Shown here piece by piece: positions 33,436 through 39,419 of a DNA stretch of 41,732 nucleotides. The position numbers and the translations under genes were made by a program. Every line of letters starts with the position of its first letter. Position 1 is the stretch's first letter. The DNA comes from a virus. The notes beneath the pieces are model-generated. The model was given only the letters and a program-made list of their open reading frames with translations. It ran no database searches and was not told the DNA's origin. The stretch lies in IMG/VR virus record IMGVR_UViG_3300045988_038035, positions 1 through 41,732 of that record, one strand, 5' to 3'.

Positions 33436-33565
33436 TGACCTTATCGCGCTTTACCTTACCACTTCAATACCAAGACCTTGCAACATGACGGCATTCGACC
33501 GCGTTCGACAGGCCCACTTTTGACACCCCAAACAGGCGGAAACCGGAAAAGTTAAGGTGATGTAA

Positions 33566-33979
33566 ATGAACATTCAAGAGCTGTGCAGAATCCGTAAAGA
33601 AGAACTGAAACTGACCTATCAGGACATTTCCGACGCTTCCGGTGTGCCGCTGTCCACCGTCCAGAACTTCTTTTCCAAACTGTCGAAAGCTCCGTCCATT
33701 TACACCGTCGCGCCGATCTGCAAAGAGCTCGGCATATCCCTTGATGAAGTGTTCGAAATTACCGAACACTTGACACCAACCGAAGAAACTTTGCAAGCGC
33801 GGAATGATGAGCTGGAACGCCATGTGGACGCGAAGGCCGATACCATCGAGATCATGCGGCGCGGCGTCCGTATCCGAAACAGCGTAATTGCCCTCATGTT
33901 CCTCATCATCGCTTTTCTCACTGTGTGGTGCGTGTACATTGATTTTCATTGTATAGATTACGGATTTTGGAGGGGCTGA
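33566..33979 (+). CDS. XRE-family HTH protein with C-terminal transmembrane anchor
   Basis: SD AAGGTGA. HTH LTYQDISDASGVPLSTVQNF. TM segment VIALMFLIIAFLTVWCVYI. Confidence 0.75.
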   Translation: MNIQELCRIRKEELKLTYQDISDASGVPLSTVQNFFSKLSKAPSIYTVAPICKELGISLDEVFEITEHLTPTEETLQARNDELERHVDAKADTIEIMRRGVRIRNSVIALMFLIIAFLTVWCVYIDFHCIDYGFWRG

Positions 33980-33980
33980 C

Positions 33981-35096
33981 ATGGCGAATTGCATCAAATG
34001 TAAAGCAGCGCTGCCGGAAGGCGCGCTGTTTTGTCCTTTCTGCGGCAAAAAACAGGTCGCCGAAAAGCGCAAGGCGCTCAAGCGTGCCAACGGAACCGGC
34101 ACGGTATATAAGCTCTCAGGGCGCAGGTCGCGCCCGTGGGTCGCCGCAAAGAATCGGGTCATCATCGGATACTACCCCCGCAAGACCGACGCCGCAGATG
34201 CCTTAGAACGGCTTACGGGCCGTCCGCTGGACGAGCGATACAATATGACCTTTTCCGAAGTGTATGAAGATTGGAAGGCCGAGCATTTCCGTGAGATCGG
34301 CCCCTCCGGCGTAGAATCCTACGAAAACGCCTACAAGGTGTTCAAGCCCCTCTACGATAAGAAATTCCGCGACCTGCGCGCTTCAGACTTCCAGTCCGTT
34401 GTGGATCTCCACATGGGAAAATCTCACTCCACCGTGTCGAAGTACAAGCAGCTCATCACGCAAATGTCGAATTGGGCGATCCGCGAGGAAATCTGCTCCA
34501 CCAACTTTGCGAAATTTGTGAAACTCCCCGAGAACGTCAAGAAAGAAAAGGAAGTATTCACCGCGGAAGAGATCGAGAAGATCGAGGCAGACGGAAGCGA
34601 CGCCGCGAAGATCGTCCTCATGCTCCTTGCCACCGGCATGCGCATCGGTGAGTTGTTCTCCCTGCCGCTCGCGGATTATCATGAAACCTATGTAGTCGGC
34701 GGCGAGAAAACAAAAGCCGGACGGGATCGCGTCATTCCGATCCGCCCGGAGGGGAAACCGTATTTTGCCTACTTCGCCGCAAAAGCGACCGGGAAGCTGC
34801 TGCTCTCCGGATACGAGGGGCAGAAGATCCCCGCCAACTTCCGCCGCCGCGACTACTATCCCATGCTGGATCGCCTCGGGATAAAAAGAAAGACCCCCCA
34901 TGCCACGCGCCACACTTACGCCACGCGCGCGGTCAAGGAAGGTCTGCCCCCGGAATTTCTTCAAAAAATCATCGGTCACGCGGATTATTCCACCACTGCG
35001 AACATTTATACGCACCTCGATCCCGATACACTTGTTGCCGCTGTTACTAACACGCTACAAACAGTGTCTGAAAAAAGCAAAAAGAAAAAGCCCTGA
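33981..35096 (+). CDS. int: Tyrosine integrase with N-terminal Zn-ribbon
   Basis: CIKC...CPFCG, then HATRHTYATRA...GHADYSTTANIYTHL. Confidence 0.93.
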   Translation: MANCIKCKAALPEGALFCPFCGKKQVAEKRKALKRANGTGTVYKLSGRRSRPWVAAKNRVIIGYYPRKTDAADALERLTGRPLDERYNMTFSEVYEDWKAEHFREIGPSGVESYENAYKVFKPLYDKKFRDLRASDFQSVVDLHMGKSHSTVSKYKQLITQMSNWAIREEICSTNFAKFVKLPENVKKEKEVFTAEEIEKIEADGSDAAKIVLMLLATGMRIGELFSLPLADYHETYVVGGEKTKAGRDRVIPIRPEGKPYFAYFAAKATGKLLLSGYEGQKIPANFRRRDYYPMLDRLGIKRKTPHATRHTYATRAVKEGLPPEFLQKIIGHADYSTTANIYTHLDPDTLVAAVTNTLQTVSEKSKKKKP

Positions 35097-35122
35097 AACC
35101 GTTGAGTTTCAAGGCTTTTTTC
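35090..35122 (+). terminator. Terminator after int
   Basis: GCCCTGAAAC-N6-GTTTCAAGGC followed by TTTTTT. Confidence 0.75.
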
Positions 35123-35167
35123 TGGTGCGCGGTACAGGACTCGAACCTGTGACCCCATGCACGTCAA
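35123..35167 (-). other. attP core: 3' half of a tRNA gene (anticodon loop to CCA)
   Basis: Minus strand reads TTGACGT-GCATG-GGGTC-ACAGG-TTCGAGT-CCTGT-ACCGCGC-A-CCA. There is no matching 5' half (no acceptor or anticodon-stem partners upstream). Confidence 0.7.
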
Positions 35168-35303
35168 ATAGCTATGAACGCGCGATTTGAGGAATTGTGT
35201 TGCAATAACACGGAATTAAGCAGAATAAATGCAACAAAGTGAGGTTAAATGTCTCGCTATTCTGCTTCATTCCTTCGCGGTTGCTAACAAATCCCTAACA
35301 GGT

Positions 35304-35612
35304 CTACTCCCGGTACATTTCCTGCAAGCGCTTCACTTCTGCCGCTTTCTTGATCTGCTTCTCGTGCAGATAGTCATAGATGGCCTTCATCTCTGCGGGC
35401 GGCTCGCCGTGCTCCTGCCGGTATTTCTGGATCGCGCCGGTCACCTCGCCGTGCAGCAGCATCATGTGACGCAGCTCGTCAGTCGAAAGGTCGTAGAACG
35501 TCTTGGAAAGCGCGGGGTTATCCGCCTTGTACTTCAATGCGCATTTGGCGTACTTCTCCGCGTCCTCGATCTCTTCATCGACCATTTCGCAAAGCATTTC
35601 AATCAGTTTCAT
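35304..35612 (-). CDS. Helical hypothetical protein, 102 aa
   Basis: SD GAGGAAG. Track ORF with start refined. Confidence 0.65.
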   Translation of the reverse strand: MKLIEMLCEMVDEEIEDAEKYAKCALKYKADNPALSKTFYDLSTDELRHMMLLHGEVTGAIQKYRQEHGEPPAEMKAIYDYLHEKQIKKAAEVKRLQEMYRE

Positions 35613-35757
35613 TTTCTTCCTCACTTTCTGCGTCCGACTTCGGCATCACCTTTTTAATCTCAGCGATTGCCGCGTCGCCAATCTGGTTGCCGATGCTGCG
35701 CCCTGTGGGTGTGGCCACCATCGCGCCAAGCAGCATACCAATTAAGAGCTGCACCAT
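35599..35757 (-). CDS. Small membrane protein, 52 aa
   Basis: SD GAGAGGTG. Sequence MVQLLIGMLLGAMVA. Confidence 0.55.
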   Translation of the reverse strand: MVQLLIGMLLGAMVATPTGRSIGNQIGDAAIAEIKKVMPKSDAESEEENETD

Positions 35758-35767
35758 CGCGCACCTC

Positions 35768-36172
35768 TCAGATCCGCTGCACGCGCAGCGCCACATTATT
35801 GACCGTAGCAGCGGCACCGGTGAGCACCAGCGTCAAGGCGGACCCTGCCGCGCAGCAAACCTGACGCACGAGAGCCGTAATGTTGAGATCAAGCGCATCG
35901 TTTGCAGCGGCGGCGGTCGCCGAGGCGGTCGCGCCGGGGACGGCCACGCCGTCCTTAAAGAGCGTGACGGTGACGGTGCCGACTGCGGCGGGCGCGACGG
36001 TGACCGAAGCGTCGACATCGTAGTAACCGGCGCCGGCGATGTTGACAGCGTTGCCGTTGAGCGCCACATCACAGCCGTAGCGGCGGATAAGGCTGCCAAG
36101 AGGGATGACGCCGTCGACCGAGACCGCGGTTGGCGTCTGCATGGCAGCATAAAGAGCAGATTTACAAGACAT
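35768..36172 (-). CDS. A/V/T-rich beta-type hypothetical protein, 134 aa
   Basis: SD TGGAGGA. Preceded by a terminator. Confidence 0.65.
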   Translation of the reverse strand: MSCKSALYAAMQTPTAVSVDGVIPLGSLIRRYGCDVALNGNAVNIAGAGYYDVDASVTVAPAAVGTVTVTLFKDGVAVPGATASATAAAANDALDLNITALVRQVCCAAGSALTLVLTGAAATVNNVALRVQRI

Positions 36173-36189
36173 TGTTTTGTCCTCCATTC

Positions 36190-36218
36190 AAAAAAATTGG
36201 CGGGGCTATTGCCCCGCC
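36190..36218 (-). terminator. Rho-independent terminator
   Basis: GGCGGGGC-AATA-GCCCCGCC followed by AATTTTTTT. A 12-bp hairpin at 36241-36268 lies just upstream. Confidence 0.8.
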
Positions 36219-36270
36219 TGTTACCCGGCCAGTAGGGGCCTACCATATTCCCCGTGCGGGGAACATGGTC

Positions 36271-36813
36271 TCAGAGGTTGGTATTACCGGTGCAGCCGCA
36301 GGACGCGGGAATGATCTGGCCTGCGCAGGTCGAAGCCACGCCGTACAGTGCGGGCTTGGTCAGCATGCGGCCTTCGATCGCGTCCAGGCGGCGGTTAAAG
36401 CCGCAGCAGCAGTCGGAGATCTTCGCCGCCAAAGCGTCCGTCTGCTCCTTGGTAAAGATGCCGTTTTTGAGACCCTGATTTTCCATCTTGAGGTCGAAGA
36501 TGGTTTCCTGCAGGCGCTGCTCGTAGATGCGGCTGGCCTGACTGGTGATCGCCTCGGTGCTGGCGTTGATTGCCATGCGCGTGTCGTTGCTCTGCTGCTC
36601 GATGAGATACTGCGTGCGGGACGTGTCGATGATCCCCTGCTTTTCGACCTCGCAGTTGCTCACGCGGTTGCAGCCGGTGTCATTGACGGGATACGGCATA
36701 TTGCCGCGGCCAAAGCCAAAGCCGTTGCCGAAACCGCCAAACAGCGCCGCGATGACGATGATGATAAACAGTACCGCGAGCCAGCTCATGCCGGTGCTCT
36801 GATCGTTGTTCAT
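36271..36813 (-). CDS. Membrane-anchored Cys-rich hypothetical protein, 180 aa
   Basis: SD AGGAAAGGAG. N-terminal TM segment. Confidence 0.7.
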   Translation of the reverse strand: MNNDQSTGMSWLAVLFIIIVIAALFGGFGNGFGFGRGNMPYPVNDTGCNRVSNCEVEKQGIIDTSRTQYLIEQQSNDTRMAINASTEAITSQASRIYEQRLQETIFDLKMENQGLKNGIFTKEQTDALAAKISDCCCGFNRRLDAIEGRMLTKPALYGVASTCAGQIIPASCGCTGNTNL

Positions 36814-36849
36814 GGTGCATTCTCCTTTCCTCAAAAATTATTCCAACGG

Positions 36850-37194
36850 CTATTTCAGCCGGGGGAATTTGGTTGAGCGCCCCGCTTTGCCCTTTTGCGG
36901 GGCCTGTGAGACGTTTTGTGTGCCGCCGAGTATCTTGTTGGCGTCGGAACGCAAAGCCTCTGGGGTCGTGCCGAGAAGCCCGCACAGGGCCTTCGCCTGC
37001 ATCGTGCGCCCGTAGCGCGAATATAGGCTGTCGGCGATACCAGGATCAATGCCGAGCCTGCGCGCCGTGCTCTGCACGCCCTCCAGCGTGTCAGCCGTCC
37101 CGCTGATCGCCTGCTCCGCTTTCGTTGCCGCGCCTTGCAGGTCTGCGGAGGGGAACATTTTCGACGCTGCCGCTATGATCTGCTTGAGGTCCAT
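36850..37194 (-). CDS. Hypothetical protein, 114 aa
   Basis: SD AAAGGAG 10 nt before the ATG. High GC3. Confidence 0.65.
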   Translation of the reverse strand: MDLKQIIAAASKMFPSADLQGAATKAEQAISGTADTLEGVQSTARRLGIDPGIADSLYSRYGRTMQAKALCGLLGTTPEALRSDANKILGGTQNVSQAPQKGKAGRSTKFPRLK

Positions 37195-37495
37195 TCTCTT
37201 TCAGCTCCTTTACCTGATCGGTCAGATTCTTGATGACCGCAGCCATGTCGCTCATTGCCGACTGCATCTCGCCCATTAGCTCTTCCTGCGTCTTTGGGGG
37301 TGTGATGACGCCCAGCTCGACGAGCTTGTCGTAATACTGCTGTGTTGTGCCTTCCAGCTCTGCGTAGGCGGCAGCCGTCTTCCCGATAAGCTGCTGGCGG
37401 TTGCCGAAATAGTCGGTCTGGAAAATATCACCGTTGTCGATAACACACATCATGCAGTTTCCGCCGCTGTATCCGGCGATTGCAAACTGGTCCAT
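37091..37495 (-). CDS. Hypothetical protein, 134 aa (last ~34 codons overlap the next gene)
   Basis: SD GGAGGTG precedes ATG 37495. Confidence 0.6.
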   Translation of the reverse strand: MDQFAIAGYSGGNCMMCVIDNGDIFQTDYFGNRQQLIGKTAAAYAELEGTTQQYYDKLVELGVITPPKTQEELMGEMQSAMSDMAAVIKNLTDQVKELKENGPQADHSGSVENVPLRRPARRGNESGAGDQRDG

Positions 37496-37525
37496 GCGCA
37501 CACCTCCTTTGTCATGTCTATCGTA

Positions 37526-37552
37526 CAAAAAAACGGGCGCTCGAAAGCGTCC
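37526..37552 (-). terminator. Short UUCG-loop hairpin plus U7 in the leader of the 37495 gene (attenuator-like)
   Basis: GGACGCTTTCGAGCGCCCG followed by TTTTTTT, about 30 nt upstream of the SD. Confidence 0.4.
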
Positions 37553-37654
37553 ATAAAGTGTATGAAAAGTGCGTCGAAGCCCGTCGAACGATTCCCCTTG
37601 CCTTTTCACGTGAAACATGATATTTTAATTTTGCAGGTCATTCCCGGCCTGTTT

Positions 37655-37703
37655 TTACACAAGAGAAATGGCCTCACCGTTCGGTGGGGCCGTTTCTCTT
37701 TTC
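37655..37703. terminator. Bidirectional hairpin terminator
   Basis: GGCCTCACC-GTTC-GGTGGGGCC with T-rich flanks on both strands. Confidence 0.65.
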
Positions 37704-37934
37704 GTATACTTCTGATGCCATTTTGCGGTATGCGCGCCGGCGGTATTTCTTCACTGCATCAACAGATAGGCTTCGTTCCATTGCCACCTGCACGCAGCTT
37801 TTCTGCCGCACATCACACTCAATGATGCACGCCGCCTCGTCCTGCGGAAGCTCGAAGGATAAAACGTATGCCACGGCTCGACGTGGAGCCATCGCGGATA
37901 GTTCCGCGCGGATCTGCTTGTGCTGACTGTCCAT
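37674..37934 (-). CDS. Sigma-70 region-4-like HTH protein, 86 aa (candidate late regulator)
   Basis: SD AGAAAGGGG. Motif VAMERSLSVDAVKKYRRRAYRKM. Confidence 0.55.
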   Translation of the reverse strand: MDSQHKQIRAELSAMAPRRAVAYVLSFELPQDEAACIIECDVRQKSCVQVAMERSLSVDAVKKYRRRAYRKMASEVYEKRNGPTER

Positions 37935-37993
37935 GCCCCTTTCTGGGACGTTGCAGAGCGCTTGCGCGTGGCTTTCGCCGTCCGCTCCCCCTT

Positions 37994-38611
37994 TTATTTT
38001 TTCGACCGCTCCAACATGGCAATAACTTCCTGCCGCGTGATGAATCTCTGCGGCGCGCTGCCGTCCGTAATGCCCGCAGCCTTGGCCGCCGCCCAGTCCT
38101 TCGCCGCCCACGAAGAAACGGTCTTGGTGCCGAGCTGCGCCAAATAGGTATCCATCATCTTGTTGAACGTTGCCTGATCCATGTACTCCTCCATTTCCGG
38201 CGGGTAGTGTCCCACCAAGATAGAACTGCCTCCGTATCTCCCGTGATCGTCCCACTGGAAGTGGGGCTTGTCCGGGAATTTCTTCCAGTCCCCGCCCCAC
38301 GAAAAGCCGACCTGCTTGCCGATCTGCCCGCAGCGGGCGAAGAACAACGGATCGTCGTACTCATGCCCCTTGACGTTTTTGCAGATGTCGAACGCAAGAC
38401 CAGCCTTGACAGAGTGGAACGTCGGGCGCGTTGCGTTTTTCGCCGCGTAGCCCATGCGCGCAAGATAGCGCTGGTACTCGTCGTCCCGTACCGTCTCCGT
38501 CACCAGAACCGGAAGCCCCGCCTCCTTGCAGAGGTCGAGGAAGATGACGCAGTTTCGCCGCACGTCCGCCCGCAGGTCGGCAATGTCCCTACTGTGATAC
38601 ATTTTCGTCAC
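37994..38611 (-). CDS. Endolysin, M15 (VanY-like) peptidase with SLH-like C-terminal wall-binding segment
   Basis: H...D...FSWGGDWKKFPDKPHFQ, then WAAAKAAGITDG...ITRQEVIAML. Confidence 0.8.
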   Translation of the reverse strand: MTKMYHSRDIADLRADVRRNCVIFLDLCKEAGLPVLVTETVRDDEYQRYLARMGYAAKNATRPTFHSVKAGLAFDICKNVKGHEYDDPLFFARCGQIGKQVGFSWGGDWKKFPDKPHFQWDDHGRYGGSSILVGHYPPEMEEYMDQATFNKMMDTYLAQLGTKTVSSWAAKDWAAAKAAGITDGSAPQRFITRQEVIAMLERSKK

Positions 38612-38810
38612 CCTTGCCGTCGATCACGTCCTGCGCCTTCTGCGACTGCGTGCCGAAATAGAACGCGATGATGACGGCGTAAATGGTCATAAAGTCCTGC
38701 GAGATGTTGCCCGTCACTGCCATATAGGCGAATACAGCGGTCAGTACCAGCGTCACAATGCTCTTGACGCTCATCAGGTTTGCGATTCTCTTGATGATTC
38801 TTTCGTTCAT
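38589..38810 (-). CDS. Holin (two TM segments)
   Basis: 73 aa, overlaps the endolysin start. Confidence 0.7.
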   Translation of the reverse strand: MNERIIKRIANLMSVKSIVTLVLTAVFAYMAVTGNISQDFMTIYAVIIAFYFGTQSQKAQDVIDGKGDENVSQ

Positions 38811-38811
38811 G

Positions 38812-39006
38812 TTATTCGTCCTTTCCTTTAATTTTGATTCCCGCCAGCAGCCCCAGTTCTGCCGTCCACGCGGCGAACCACGCGACGGTCAGGCTGTCCG
38901 GCACTACCTTGTCATGCGCGGTCAATACGAGCACCGCAATGCAGTACCAGCAGAGGTTGAGCACTGCCGAGATGACGTACTTGTCCCGCTTTCTCAGCTT
39001 TTTCAT
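38812..39006 (-). CDS. Small membrane protein, 64 aa (holin partner candidate)
   Basis: ATGA overlap. Two hydrophobic segments. Confidence 0.55.
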   Translation of the reverse strand: MKKLRKRDKYVISAVLNLCWYCIAVLVLTAHDKVVPDSLTVAWFAAWTAELGLLAGIKIKGKDE

Positions 39007-39341
39007 GCCATGCCCCCCGAGATCAGCCACGCGAGGAACGCCCCCGCGAGCACGGCGAGCAGCTTGTCCACGATGCTGTCCCACCGCTTCCCCGCCTTGC
39101 CCGTGATGGCTTTCACGTCCTCTTTGATCTCCTTGACATCGCCCTCGACCGTCTCCTGCTTGGTCGCCAGCACTTCGACCGAAGTCGCCAGCCTGTCAAG
39201 CGCCGTTTGATGTTCCTGTAACTCGTTGATTCGGTGGGTATTGCTCTTGCACCGCGCGTCAATCAGCGCAATCGACGCATCGTCATAGTGCTTGGAATCG
39301 TCCATTGGTTCGCCCCCGCTTCCCTTAGTATGTTCTTCCAT
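39003..39341 (-). CDS. XhlA-like lysis-associated protein (coiled coil plus C-terminal TM)
   Basis: Heads the lysis cassette. Start is either 39341 or 39305. Confidence 0.5.
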   Translation of the reverse strand: MEEHTKGSGGEPMDDSKHYDDASIALIDARCKSNTHRINELQEHQTALDRLATSVEVLATKQETVEGDVKEIKEDVKAITGKAGKRWDSIVDKLLAVLAGAFLAWLISGGMA

Positions 39342-39377
39342 GAGCGTATCACGTCTCCTGTATGAATTTCACCACGG
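39342..39377 (-). promoter_or_regulatory. Late promoter-like motif, site C: CCGTGGTGAAAT-N-TGATACGCT
   Basis: Lies between the giant-ORF stop and the lysis cassette. Confidence 0.5.
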
Positions 39378-39419
39378 GAAAAGGGAACTGCCAAGAAATT
39401 ATCAGCAGTCCCCTTCCAT

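Noticed and set aside
33464-34165. 233-aa minus-strand ORF
   Set aside because: It overlaps the well-supported plus-strand XRE-TM gene and the integrase start. It has no SD and is of shadow type.
35101-35200. A complete tRNA gene
   Set aside because: Only the 3' half is present. The sequence upstream cannot pair with the acceptor or anticodon stems, so it is interpreted as the attP core.
37674-38300. 208-aa track ORF overlapping the endolysin
   Set aside because: Only the last 86 codons, from ATG 37934 with an SD, look coding. The N-terminal extension is an out-of-frame shadow of the endolysin gene. Similar N-terminal over-extensions were trimmed for 10991..13474, 14961..16196, 24265..25146, 25809..26507, 29155..29589 and 37091..37618.
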